From positions 1-64,000 of the forward strand of contig JAKPTO010000026.1 of the NCBI GenBank assembly GCA_029555085.1: DNA of 64,000 nt. The letters are read 5' to 3'. This document shows positions 1-10,086 of the stretch, one piece after another. Below the pieces are notes generated by a model. That model was not told the DNA's origin. It searched no databases and was given only the letters and a program-made list of their open reading frames with translations. Source of the stretch: a bacterium. GTDB lineage: Bacteria; Patescibacteriota; Patescibacteriia; UBA1558; S5-K13. Position 1 is the first letter of the stretch. Every line of letters begins with the position of its first letter. Both the position numbers and the translations under genes were made by a program.

Positions 1-2262
1 GATAAACTAAAAGGAAATCATGAAAATTGGACAGATGAACAAAACATAATAACACCATTTGAATCTGGTTCTGAGATATTTGGCCATTCTAAGATGTTTA
101 AATATATTTTTAGAGAAGACATTACTAAACATGATGCTTTATATGACTTTTTAAGAATAATAGATTTGTATAATGCATCTGGATTATCTTCAAATGAATT
201 TTTTAATAACATACTACAACAAGTTAAAGATGATACCTCTAATTATGAATCTGGTGCTTCATATCATTTATTAAATAATATTGCTAGAAATGTAAATATT
301 AATTTTGAAGAAACATTACAGAAAGCAAAACAATATGAATTACCAACACTAAATCAACTATTAGAAAGCATATCTAGTTCACAAGACATCTTTTCATCTT
401 GGAAAATGTTAAAAAAATACAATGAATTATGTAGTATCTTAAACAAAAGTGAAGTATTAGAACAGTTAAAAGGATTAAAAGAAACTGGGGGAAGTATAGA
501 TCTGCATAACTACATAGAAACTTTAGCATTTCATCCAAACATTGCTATGGCTAAAGTTATACAATTCTGGAAAAATCCAGAAGAATTTTTAGAAATTAAT
601 GACACTCTCACACCAGATGATGTTCATAACAGAAAAAAACCATCCAACTATGTTGATATTCCAAACCTTGATTTATCAGCTAAAGAGCTAAGAGATGCGC
701 TTGTTGAGGGTTATTATGATCACTTACAAGTATTTGAACCGCTTGAAATTAATTACAAAATACTTACTGAAGGTAAATACAAAGATAAGGAATTAAATGA
801 ATTAATATCAATAGCAGTAGGAAAAAGAAGTGAAAGAATAAAAGGAGAAGCAAAGAATCCAGATAAACTATTTTCTGAATTTCAAAAACTATTTAAAAAA
901 AATGGAATAAATTTAACTGAATATCTTCGAGATACAGCAGTTGATAAAAAACAACAAGAAGATGTAGTAAATAGCATAAAAAAACAAATAATGGATTTGG
1001 TGTATGATAAAAATATTGGCCTTAAAGATGATAGAAAGTTTGAAGAATATCGTGCAGTAATAAATTTAAAATCAGATCCAAATGGTGTTGTTGCTGGTAA
1101 TGATACTGCTTGCTGTATGCCATTTGGAAGTGGAAAAAACAATATATATACATTTAATCCAATTTGTTCACTATTTACAGTTCGAAGACTTGTATCAGTA
1201 GATGAAAATGGAAAAAAACAATGGAAAACTGTTGCTCAAAGTGTTTTGACAGAAAACATAGACATAGAAAAAAATATATCAGGAGTAATAGACAAATTAA
1301 ATCAATCTGATGTACATATGCACGATATTGTAGATGATCAAGCTTTGTTAGATAAACCAGGCGTGATTACTTGCGACAACATAGAGGTTGAGCATAACTT
1401 TGAATCAAAAGCAGGTAGTTTTAACATATTAAAACATATATATTTAGATTATTTCAAAGAATATATTAAACGATTTGCAAAAACACATAACCTAGATGAA
1501 AACAGGGTAATAGTAGGATTAGGAAGCACAGATGCAAATATTTCATATGATAGAATAGAAAATACATATGCTCCAAAAGCACCTGTTGGTTACAGTGATA
1601 ATTTACATAATAAAGCTATGTTACTTGACTTAAGTAAATATCAAGGTAGTAATATGTTTGCATCAAGAGATGTAAGAATTCAAGAAAAGAAAGCAAAAAT
1701 AAAAGAACAAGAACAAATTGATTTACCTAAAGGTGTTACTGAACTTACATTTAAAGATTCAATTCCTGTTGCATACATAGAAGGAAAAGCATACAAAGAT
1801 AATCAAAAATTGATTGAATATTTACATAACATGGAAAATGCTTTAATTGCCAAAGATGTTTACAATACTTACAAAGGTAAACCTAATATGAGCTTTAAAT
1901 ACACTGGAAGTGATAGAAAAATGCATGGATATATTCTTGCATATGAAGGTAAGATGGATAAAGAAGATAAGGACTCAAAAGATATTGTTTATGTATCAGA
2001 TCTTGCTTCAGATGGTAATTTAAGAGCCGGAGGATCATTAATACTAGCTTTTGCAGAAGCATACAAAAAACACCATATTGATAAAAATAATATAATTCCA
2101 ATTCTTGCCCAATTTAGAGAAAAAACATCATATCAGATTATAGCTAAACAACTAGAAAAATTGACTAAAGATACTGGTATTGAATTTGAAACAGAAGAAT
2201 TAGATTCTTACAAAGTTGGAGATGATACAATGCATGAAGTGATTATACGGAAGAAGAAATAG
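1..2262 (+). CDS. Large hypothetical protein, 5'-truncated by window edge; C-terminal GNAT-like domain
   Basis: Frame is open from base 1 (DKLKGNHENW...) into the ATG at 94. Contains GNDTACCMPFG motif. C-terminal GYILAYE...VYVSDLASD...AGGSLILAF resembles a GNAT fold. Confidence 0.6.
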   Translation, partial: DKLKGNHENWTDEQNIITPFESGSEIFGHSKMFKYIFREDITKHDALYDFLRIIDLYNASGLSSNEFFNNILQQVKDDTSNYESGASYHLLNNIARNVNINFEETLQKAKQYELPTLNQLLESISSSQDIFSSWKMLKKYNELCSILNKSEVLEQLKGLKETGGSIDLHNYIETLAFHPNIAMAKVIQFWKNPEEFLEINDTLTPDDVHNRKKPSNYVDIPNLDLSAKELRDALVEGYYDHLQVFEPLEINYKILTEGKYKDKELNELISIAVGKRSERIKGEAKNPDKLFSEFQKLFKKNGINLTEYLRDTAVDKKQQEDVVNSIKKQIMDLVYDKNIGLKDDRKFEEYRAVINLKSDPNGVVAGNDTACCMPFGSGKNNIYTFNPICSLFTVRRLVSVDENGKKQWKTVAQSVLTENIDIEKNISGVIDKLNQSDVHMHDIVDDQALLDKPGVITCDNIEVEHNFESKAGSFNILKHIYLDYFKEYIKRFAKTHNLDENRVIVGLGSTDANISYDRIENTYAPKAPVGYSDNLHNKAMLLDLSKYQGSNMFASRDVRIQEKKAKIKEQEQIDLPKGVTELTFKDSIPVAYIEGKAYKDNQKLIEYLHNMENALIAKDVYNTYKGKPNMSFKYTGSDRKMHGYILAYEGKMDKEDKDSKDIVYVSDLASDGNLRAGGSLILAFAEAYKKHHIDKNNIIPILAQFREKTSYQIIAKQLEKLTKDTGIEFETEELDSYKVGDDTMHEVIIRKKK

Positions 2263-2303
2263 ATAGTTTTAGGTGTTGGTTGTAAAATTTATTTACGACA
2301 TTC

Positions 2304-2332
2304 AAAAATACACAACTAATCTGTGTATTTTT
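2304..2332 (+). terminator. Intrinsic terminator
   Basis: AAAAATACACA-N7-TGTGTATTTTT inverted repeat downstream of the CDS. Confidence 0.6.
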
Positions 2333-2390
2333 ATTTTATATTTATTCATAAATCTGTTATAATTACATTATAAAATTAACTACAACAAAT

Positions 2391-2882
2391 ATGTTATTTT
2401 TTCGTAAAAAAAAGAAATTATCCGATGCAATAATACTTACAATAGCGCTAGTAATCCCTCAAATAGCTGGACTAGTTGGTTCGCTTTATACAATACCAAA
2501 TATAAAATCATGGCACTCTTCTTTAAACAAACCATGGTTTAGTCCACCAAATTGGATCTTTGCTCCTGTATGGATAATACTTTTTTTATTAATGGGAATT
2601 GCATCATTTTTGGTTTATAAAAGCAATAGCAAGTTAAAAAATAAAGCACTACAATTATATTTCGCGCAACTTACATTAAATATAATGTGGTCTGTTGTTT
2701 TTTTTGGCGCACACAATCCATTAGGTGGTTTTCTCGTAATAGCTGCATTGTGGATTGAAATAGCATATACAATGGATGTCTTTTACAAGGTTAATAAAAC
2801 TGCTGGTTATTTATTTATCCCATATTTTTTATGGGTAACATTTGCATCAATATTAAATTTTTCAATTTATATTCTAAATTAA
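2391..2882 (+). CDS. tspO: TspO/MBR tryptophan-rich sensory protein
   Basis: WHSSLNKPWFSPPNWIFAPVW, QLTLNIMWSVVFFG and PYFLWVTFA motifs; about 5 TM segments. Confidence 0.92.
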   Translation: MLFFRKKKKLSDAIILTIALVIPQIAGLVGSLYTIPNIKSWHSSLNKPWFSPPNWIFAPVWIILFLLMGIASFLVYKSNSKLKNKALQLYFAQLTLNIMWSVVFFGAHNPLGGFLVIAALWIEIAYTMDVFYKVNKTAGYLFIPYFLWVTFASILNFSIYILN

Positions 2883-2899
2883 TCATTATATATAAATAA

Positions 2900-3160
2900 A
2901 TGAAATCTAAAAAACAAAACAACTGTAAAGCATTTTGTGCAAAAGGAAAAGAAATAATAAATAGTATCAAAAAAATCACAAAAGCAAAAAATGCAAGAAG
3001 AATAATAATAAAAAATTCAAAAGATAAAAAAATTATTGCAATTCCGCTTGCAGTAGGAATAATTATAGTGATATTAATACCTTTATTAATTGCGCTTGGA
3101 ATCCTCGTAGCTCTTATTACAAAATGTACAATTATATTTGAAAAGAACCAAGAAAAATAA
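2900..3160 (+). CDS. Small membrane protein, DUF4342-like
   Basis: NARRIIIKN...IPLAVG followed by a hydrophobic stretch and terminal CTIIFEK. Confidence 0.65.
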   Translation: MKSKKQNNCKAFCAKGKEIINSIKKITKAKNARRIIIKNSKDKKIIAIPLAVGIIIVILIPLLIALGILVALITKCTIIFEKNQEK

Positions 3161-4158
3161 TGACAAAAAAATTTAATATTCCCTTTGTGAATTGTCATAC
3201 TCATGCTTCAATGATTGCTTTCCGTGGTTTAGCAGAGGATATGACGCTAGACAAATGGTTAAATGATTGTATTTGGCCAAAAGAAGCAGAAAATGTAAAT
3301 CAAAAATTTGTATACAAAAATTCACTACTTGCTATAAAGGAAATGAAAAAAAATAACATATCAATTTTTGCTGATATGTATTTTTTTGAGATGGAAACCG
3401 CTCGTGCTTGTGAGAAATTAAAAATGCATGCAGTTTTAGGCGAAGGAATACTAGATTTCAAAACTCCCAGCGCAGAAAACTCCGAAAAAGCACTTAAAAT
3501 AACACGAAAATTACTTGAAAAATATAAAAATAATCAATATATAAAAATTTCCGTCTGTCCTCATTCAATTTATACAGTTTCAAAAAAAACCTTAATAAAA
3601 GCTAAAGAATTGGCAAAAAAATATAATTCGATTTATCATATTCATTTATCTGAAACAAAAAAAGAATTTGATGATTGTGTTAAAAAAAATAAATGCACTC
3701 CAGTTGAGTATTTGAATAATTTAAATATTTTGGACAACATGACGCTTTTAGCTCATTGTGTTTATTTAACTGATAATGATATAAAAATTTTAGCAGAAAA
3801 AAAAGTAAATGTTTGTCACTGCCCACTTAGTAACTTGAAATTAGGTTCTGGAATTGCGCCAATTTCAAAAATGATTGATGCTGGAATAAATGTATGTTTA
3901 GGAACAGATGGACCAGCTTCTTCAAATAGATTAGATATATTAGAAGCTGGAAAGTTTGCGGGATTATTACAGAAAGGAATTACAAATGACGCATCGGTTC
4001 TTCCCGGAAAATTAATTCTAGAAATGATGAGTGTAAACGGATTAAAAGCGCTTCACATAAATGAAATAAATGGAAAAACCATAAAACACATTCAAAGACA
4101 GATTGATGAAATGAAAGATTATAGTTTTATTTATAATTTAAATATAAACGAATTATAA
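3160..4158 (+). CDS. Metal-dependent amidohydrolase (MtaD/SAH deaminase-like)
   Basis: VNCHTH (HxH), PHSIY, HIHLSET, LAH, HCPLSNLKLGSG, GTDG motifs. Confidence 0.88.
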   Translation: MTKKFNIPFVNCHTHASMIAFRGLAEDMTLDKWLNDCIWPKEAENVNQKFVYKNSLLAIKEMKKNNISIFADMYFFEMETARACEKLKMHAVLGEGILDFKTPSAENSEKALKITRKLLEKYKNNQYIKISVCPHSIYTVSKKTLIKAKELAKKYNSIYHIHLSETKKEFDDCVKKNKCTPVEYLNNLNILDNMTLLAHCVYLTDNDIKILAEKKVNVCHCPLSNLKLGSGIAPISKMIDAGINVCLGTDGPASSNRLDILEAGKFAGLLQKGITNDASVLPGKLILEMMSVNGLKALHINEINGKTIKHIQRQIDEMKDYSFIYNLNINEL

Positions 4159-4224
4159 ATTTTAATAAATCTGGACTAATTTGATCTATTTTTTATTTAT
4201 CTTATATTTTGCTATAATTCCTAT

Positions 4225-5433
4225 ATGGAAACACATAAAGCACCACTTGCTGATCGCATGAGGCCTCAAAAATTTGAGGATTTTTTGGGTCAAGATGAAA
4301 TATTAGGAGAAGGAAAATTACTGCGTCGCGCAATTGAGCAGGATGTAATTCCGTCAATGATTTTCTGGGGACCGCCAGGAAGTGGGAAAACAACGCTTGC
4401 GTCAATTATTGCAAAAATTACAAAATCAGAATTCAAGGAATTAAGCGCAACTCAATCTGGCGTAAAAGAATTAAAAACTATAATTGACAAAGCAATCGAA
4501 GGAAAAAGATTAGGACTAAAAACAATTTTATTTATTGATGAAATTCATCGCTGGAACAAAAAACAACAAGATGCATTACTCCCACATGTAGAAAGGGGGA
4601 ATATAATTTTAATCGGGGCAACAACAGAAAATCCAAGTTTTGAAGTTATAAGCGCCCTACTTTCACGATGCCGAGTTTTTGTTTTGAAGCAACTAGAAGT
4701 AGAGCATTTGGAACAAATTATAAAAAACGCATTAAAAGATAAGGATAGGGGATTAGGCAATCTTAATTTAAAAATTGATAAACCAACAATAAAACTACTA
4801 GCTCAAATGTCAAATGGCGATGCAAGAACAGCGCTCAATGTAATTGAATATGCGTCTACATTTTCAAAAGACAATAAAATCACAAAAAATGAATTAAAAG
4901 AAGCATTTCAAAAATCATATTTAATGTACGATAAAAACGGCGAAGAGCATTATAATGTTATTTCAGCGCTTCATAAATCAATGCGTGGTGGAGATGCAAA
5001 TGCATCCATTTATTGGCTTGCGAGAATGATTGAGGCGGGCGAAGATCCACTTTACATTGCAAGACGAATTATAAGATTCGCATCAGAGGATATTGGACTC
5101 GCAAATTCTCGCGCACTAGAGCAAGCTGTCGCGTGTTATCAAGCATGTCATTTTATAGGATATCCGGAATGTAATGTAATTTTAGCTCAGGCAGTAGTAT
5201 ATATGGCAAAATGTAAAAAATCAAATGAACTATATACTGGATACAACAAAGTAAAAGATGATGTAATTAAATTTGGTAATTTACCCGTCCCACTTCATAT
5301 CAGAAACGCTCCCACAAAATTAATGAAAGAATTAGGATATGCAAAAAATTATAAGTATAGCCCTGATTATAATTACAAAGAAGAGCAAACTTATTTACCA
5401 GAAAAATTAAAAAATAAAAAATATATCAAGTGA
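4225..5433 (+). CDS. rarA: Replication-associated recombination protein A (AAA+ ATPase)
   Basis: PLADRMRP, GPPGSGKTT, DEIHR, GATTENP, ISALHKSMRG, FASEDIG. Confidence 0.96.
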   Translation: METHKAPLADRMRPQKFEDFLGQDEILGEGKLLRRAIEQDVIPSMIFWGPPGSGKTTLASIIAKITKSEFKELSATQSGVKELKTIIDKAIEGKRLGLKTILFIDEIHRWNKKQQDALLPHVERGNIILIGATTENPSFEVISALLSRCRVFVLKQLEVEHLEQIIKNALKDKDRGLGNLNLKIDKPTIKLLAQMSNGDARTALNVIEYASTFSKDNKITKNELKEAFQKSYLMYDKNGEEHYNVISALHKSMRGGDANASIYWLARMIEAGEDPLYIARRIIRFASEDIGLANSRALEQAVACYQACHFIGYPECNVILAQAVVYMAKCKKSNELYTGYNKVKDDVIKFGNLPVPLHIRNAPTKLMKELGYAKNYKYSPDYNYKEEQTYLPEKLKNKKYIK

Positions 5434-5499
5434 GGTTGAAATAATAATTTTTTCAAATTTCATATTTCGAAATTATTTTAAACTTAATAATCTAAAATT

Positions 5500-6165
5500 A
5501 TGTTGACACTAAAACAAGTCAAAGAAAACAAATTTGTTCAAGAATTCATAACTCAATCAGAAAAATATTTAGACGCAATTGGTTATACAGATCATGGTAG
5601 ACGTCATGTTAATATTGTTTCAGATCGCGCTAGATCGCTCGCAAAAGCGATTGGATTATCCGAACAAGAACAGGAAATGTGCGCAATTGTCGGCTATTGT
5701 CATGATATGGGAAACTTCATGGGCAGAACAAAGCATCATTATTGGTCTTCCATGCTATTTATGCAAACATTTCTAAGAGAAACTGATGATCCGCAAGAAC
5801 TAGCAACAATTATGCAAGCAATTGCGTCTCATGATAAAGATGAATTAAAAATTGTAAGCGCAGTTTCTGCAATTTTAATTCTTGCTGATAAATCAGATGT
5901 ACACCGCACCAGAGTAAAAACTAAAAAAACAATTGATAGAAATAGTGACATTCATGATAGGGTAAATTACGCTGCAATAAAAAATGATTTTTCTGTTAAT
6001 AAATTAAAAAAAGATATAAAATTAAAAATCCAAATTGACACAAAACTTACGAACGCAATGGATTATTTTGAAATATTTATAGCGCGTATGACATTTTGTA
6101 AATTAGCAGCTGACTATTTAGGTTATAATTTCACTCTTATAATAAATAATTTTAAATTATCTTAA
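5500..6165 (+). CDS. HD-domain phosphohydrolase
   Basis: GYTDHGRRH, HDMGN, HD, ADKSDVHR, DIHDRVNYA motifs. Confidence 0.85.
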   Translation: MLTLKQVKENKFVQEFITQSEKYLDAIGYTDHGRRHVNIVSDRARSLAKAIGLSEQEQEMCAIVGYCHDMGNFMGRTKHHYWSSMLFMQTFLRETDDPQELATIMQAIASHDKDELKIVSAVSAILILADKSDVHRTRVKTKKTIDRNSDIHDRVNYAAIKNDFSVNKLKKDIKLKIQIDTKLTNAMDYFEIFIARMTFCKLAADYLGYNFTLIINNFKLS

Positions 6166-6168
6166 AAA

Positions 6169-6804
6169 ATGAAAAATAAAACTCAAATACTTTTAATTCA
6201 CGGTGGATCAACTTTTAAAAATTATAAAGATTATTTAAAATTTTTAAAAACAAGAAAAATATCAATAAAAGAAAAAATTGACTGGCGAAATGAGTATCTT
6301 AGCAATGCGCTAGGTAAAAATTTTGAAATTATAAAACCAAAAATGCCATCAAAAGATAATGCAAAATACAATGAGTGGAAAATCCATTTTGAAAAATATT
6401 TTCAATTTATAAAAGATAATATAATCTTAATAGGAATTTCATTGGGGGGAATATTTCTAGCTAAATATTTATCTGAAAATAAATTTCCTAAAAAAATATT
6501 ATCTGTTTATTTGATTTGCCCTCCATTTGACAATACATTATCAAAAGAGAATTTAGTTGGAGGATTTAAATTAAAACCAGATTTATCAAAAATAGAAAAG
6601 AATTGTGATAATATAAAATTATTATTTTCAAAAAATGACGATATTGTACCGATATCGCACGCTTATAAATATAAAAAATTGCTAAAAAATGCAAAAATAA
6701 TAATATACAAAAATAAAAATGGGCATTTCAAAATATCAAAATTTCCCGAACTTATAAAGATGATAAAAAATGATCTAAAACATAAAATAAAAAATACTAA
6801 ATAA
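6169..6804 (+). CDS. Alpha/beta hydrolase (YdeN/RBBP9-like)
   Basis: IHGG, GISLGG nucleophile elbow, SKNDDIVP, GHF. Confidence 0.85.
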   Translation: MKNKTQILLIHGGSTFKNYKDYLKFLKTRKISIKEKIDWRNEYLSNALGKNFEIIKPKMPSKDNAKYNEWKIHFEKYFQFIKDNIILIGISLGGIFLAKYLSENKFPKKILSVYLICPPFDNTLSKENLVGGFKLKPDLSKIEKNCDNIKLLFSKNDDIVPISHAYKYKKLLKNAKIIIYKNKNGHFKISKFPELIKMIKNDLKHKIKNTK

Positions 6805-6949
6805 CAAATTAATCGAAAATTAAAAATAGTAAATTAAAAATATTTTCACATTTGACAAAATAAAAATATTCGTTCTCAGCGAATTTTTTTAAATTTCTAA
6901 AATACTAGACATTGTGGTAAAATATATATATTAAACACTAAATAAACAA

Positions 6950-7579
6950 ATGTACCTTTTCTTTGATACAGAAACAACCGGATTACCAATTAACTGGAAT
7001 GCTCCTATTTCAGATTTTTCTAACTGGCCAAGAATAGTTCAAATCGCATGGGCTCACTATGATGAAAATGGCAAAGAAATAAAATCTAAATCTTATATTA
7101 TAAAACCTGAAAATTTTTTTATTCCAATAGAGTCGGCTAGAGTGCATGGAATCACTACTGAAATAGCAAACGAAAAAGGCGTTGCTATAAAAGCTGTCCT
7201 AAACGAGCTAACTAGAGCATTAAAAGAAGCAGAATATTTAATAGCTCATAATATAAGTTTTGACGAAAAAATTGTTGGCGCAGAATACTTGAGAAAAAAT
7301 ATGCCCAATGCAGTTCAATTTAAAAACAAAATATGCACAATGGAATCATCGGTTGATTTTTGTAAAATTCCAGGGAATGATAAGTATAAATTTCCGAAAC
7401 TTGAAGAACTATATTATATATTATTCAAAAATCATTTTTCAAATGCTCATGATGCGCTTGTAGATGTAAAAGCTTGCGCAAAATGTTTTTTTGAACTTAA
7501 AAAATTAGGTGTTATAAAAATTCATGAGAAAAAACAAGAAATAAAATCTCTATTACAACAAAGTATTTTTAACTTTTAA
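6950..7579 (+). CDS. DEDDh 3'-5' exonuclease (DnaQ-like)
   Basis: FFDTETTG, AHNISFD, AHDALVD. Confidence 0.92.
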   Translation: MYLFFDTETTGLPINWNAPISDFSNWPRIVQIAWAHYDENGKEIKSKSYIIKPENFFIPIESARVHGITTEIANEKGVAIKAVLNELTRALKEAEYLIAHNISFDEKIVGAEYLRKNMPNAVQFKNKICTMESSVDFCKIPGNDKYKFPKLEELYYILFKNHFSNAHDALVDVKACAKCFFELKKLGVIKIHEKKQEIKSLLQQSIFNF

Positions 7580-7581
7580 TT

Positions 7582-8577
7582 ATGAATTTAGAAAAATTGG
7601 AACAATTATTAAAAGACGAAAAAAAATATCGTCTTTTTCAGATTAAAAAAGCAATTTTTGTTGATTTAATAGAAGACCCACATTTGATTTCATCTTTACC
7701 AAAAGAACTCCGTGAAAAATTAAACAAAGAGCTAGATTTAAAAATAAATGCTAAACTTTTTGAGTCGCAAAAAACAAACACAAAAAAAATTTTAATAACA
7801 TTAAATGACTCATCACAAATTGAATCAGTTTTAATGCAATATGAAAGCGGTAGAAATACGGTTTGTGTTTCTTGCCAAGTTGGTTGTCCGATGAATTGTT
7901 CATTTTGTCTTACGGGACAAATGGGATTTAAAAGAAATTTAACTGTATCTGAAATAATAGAACAAGTTTTGTACTTCCAAAGATTGTTAAAAAAACACAA
8001 TGATAGTGTTAAAAATATCGTATTTATGGGAATGGGAGAACCAATGTTAAATTACGAAAATGTAATTAGCGCTATAAAAATATTAAACGATAAAGATGCT
8101 TTTAATATTGGTGCAAGAAAAATTTCAATTTCAACCTGTGGAATAGTTAATGGTATTAATAAATTAGGAGATGAAAATATTCAATCAAATTTAGCAATTT
8201 CACTTCACGCGCCAAATGATAAAATAAGATCAAAAATCATGCCAATAAACAACAAAGACAATATTGAAAGCATACTAAAAGCTGTGAAAAATTATATTAA
8301 AACAACAAACAGAAAAGTAATGTTTGAATATGCTTTAATAGATGGAATCAATGATAGTGAAAAAAACGCTCTAGAATTAGCAAAATTAATGAAAAATAAA
8401 CTATTTATGGTAAATCTCATAAAGTACAACAAAACCGGCGTTTACAAATCGCCAAAAACTGAAGTTATAAAAAAATTTAAAGATATTTTAATAAAAAATG
8501 GCGTAAATGTAACTGAAAGATACAGATTTGGAGAGGAAATTAACGCTGCATGTGGACAATTAGCTGGAAAATCCTAA
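7582..8577 (+). CDS. rlmN: 23S rRNA m2A2503 radical-SAM methyltransferase
   Basis: CPMNCSFC, MGMGEP, AISLHA, INAACGQL. Confidence 0.95.
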   Translation: MNLEKLEQLLKDEKKYRLFQIKKAIFVDLIEDPHLISSLPKELREKLNKELDLKINAKLFESQKTNTKKILITLNDSSQIESVLMQYESGRNTVCVSCQVGCPMNCSFCLTGQMGFKRNLTVSEIIEQVLYFQRLLKKHNDSVKNIVFMGMGEPMLNYENVISAIKILNDKDAFNIGARKISISTCGIVNGINKLGDENIQSNLAISLHAPNDKIRSKIMPINNKDNIESILKAVKNYIKTTNRKVMFEYALIDGINDSEKNALELAKLMKNKLFMVNLIKYNKTGVYKSPKTEVIKKFKDILIKNGVNVTERYRFGEEINAACGQLAGKS

Positions 8578-8635
8578 AACTTTAATTTTAGACCTATTTA
8601 TGATAAAATACTGACATAATCAGTAATTTTTTATT

Positions 8636-9559
8636 ATGGAAAATACATATGATTTAGTAATTATTGGTACTGGGCCAGCTGGTTACACTGCTTCTATTTA
8701 TGCATCAAGATATAAGTTGAAAAATGTAATAATTGGGGAGATTTTTGGTGGCTATGTAACACAAGCTCATATCGTTGCTAATTTTCCTTCTGAGGAAGAA
8801 ATTGAAGGCACAAAACTCGCGGAAAAAATGCATAACCATGCAAAAAACCTTGGAGCAAAAATAATTCAACAAAAAGTAATTAATATCAAAAAAAACGATA
8901 ATAATTTTGAAATTACAACTGATGATAATAAAACCTTTACTGGGAAAGCAGTTATTATAGCAATCGGCACAAAACAAAGAAAATTAGGATTAAAAAACGA
9001 ATCAGAATTTGTTGGTCGTGGAGTTTCATATTGTACTACTTGTGACGCAATGTTTTTTAAAAATAAAACAGTCGCGGTTTTGGGCGGTTCAGACAGTGCA
9101 AACAAAGCATCTCTTTATTTAACAGATATTGCAAAAAATGTTTATCAAATTTATAGAGGCAAAGAACTCAGGGGCGACAAAAAGCAAATTGAAAGTATTC
9201 TTGAAAATAAAAAAATTCAAGTCATTTATGAAACAAATATAATTGAATTGCAAGGCGATAAAAAATTACAAAAAATAAAATTAGACAAAGAATTTAATGG
9301 AAATCTAGAATTGGAAATTGACGGATTATTTATAGAAATAGGATCTGAGCCAGAATACGGACTTATAGAAAAACTTAATTTAAAAACAGATGATTTGGGA
9401 TTTATAATTGTAGAAAAAGATCAAAAAACAAATGTTGAAGGAGTTTTTGCAGCAGGTGATATTACAAATGCTAGTGGTAATTTTCGACAAATTATAACAG
9501 CATGCGCTCAAGGAGCAATATCTGCAAACTCAGCTTATAATTATATAAAATCCAAATAA
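8636..9559 (+). CDS. trxB: Thioredoxin-disulfide reductase
   Basis: GTGPAG, GRGVSYCTTCD, GGSDSA, FAAGD. Confidence 0.9.
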   Translation: MENTYDLVIIGTGPAGYTASIYASRYKLKNVIIGEIFGGYVTQAHIVANFPSEEEIEGTKLAEKMHNHAKNLGAKIIQQKVINIKKNDNNFEITTDDNKTFTGKAVIIAIGTKQRKLGLKNESEFVGRGVSYCTTCDAMFFKNKTVAVLGGSDSANKASLYLTDIAKNVYQIYRGKELRGDKKQIESILENKKIQVIYETNIIELQGDKKLQKIKLDKEFNGNLELEIDGLFIEIGSEPEYGLIEKLNLKTDDLGFIIVEKDQKTNVEGVFAAGDITNASGNFRQIITACAQGAISANSAYNYIKSK

Positions 9560-10086
9560 TGAGATTATTTTTAGCAATTAAACCAGATTTAGAAGCACAA
9601 GAAAAATTGTATAAACAAATACAAACTCTCCCACAAAATTCAAATTTAAAACCAGTAAAATTACAAGATTTACACATAACATTACAATTTTTCGGAGAAG
9701 TAGAGGATAGTAGAATTAATGAGTTAATATGCCTTATAAATGACAATTTAGACACAAAAGATTTCAAAATAAAAACACAGAACTCAATATTTTTCCCAAA
9801 ATATGGAGACACAAAAATAATAGGAATCAAATGTTTTATTCCAGATAAAGAATTTCAAAGTATTTTAAAATTGAACAAAAAATGTGTTCAATTTAATTTC
9901 TCAAAAGAGGAGAGGAGATTCATACCACACATAACAATTTTTAGAGTAAATGGAGTTATAAACAAAGATAATTATAATATATCAACAAACATAGATTTTT
10001 GTGTAAAAAAACTTGACTTAATAAAAAGCGATTTAACGCCATCTGGACCAATTTATACAACAATAAAAGAATTTAAATTAAAATGA
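9559..10086 (+). CDS. thpR: RNA 2',3'-cyclic phosphodiesterase (2H family)
   Basis: MRLFLAI start, two HxT motifs (LHITL, PHITI), SDLTPSGPIY. Confidence 0.9.
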   Translation: MRLFLAIKPDLEAQEKLYKQIQTLPQNSNLKPVKLQDLHITLQFFGEVEDSRINELICLINDNLDTKDFKIKTQNSIFFPKYGDTKIIGIKCFIPDKEFQSILKLNKKCVQFNFSKEERRFIPHITIFRVNGVINKDNYNISTNIDFCVKKLDLIKSDLTPSGPIYTTIKEFKLK

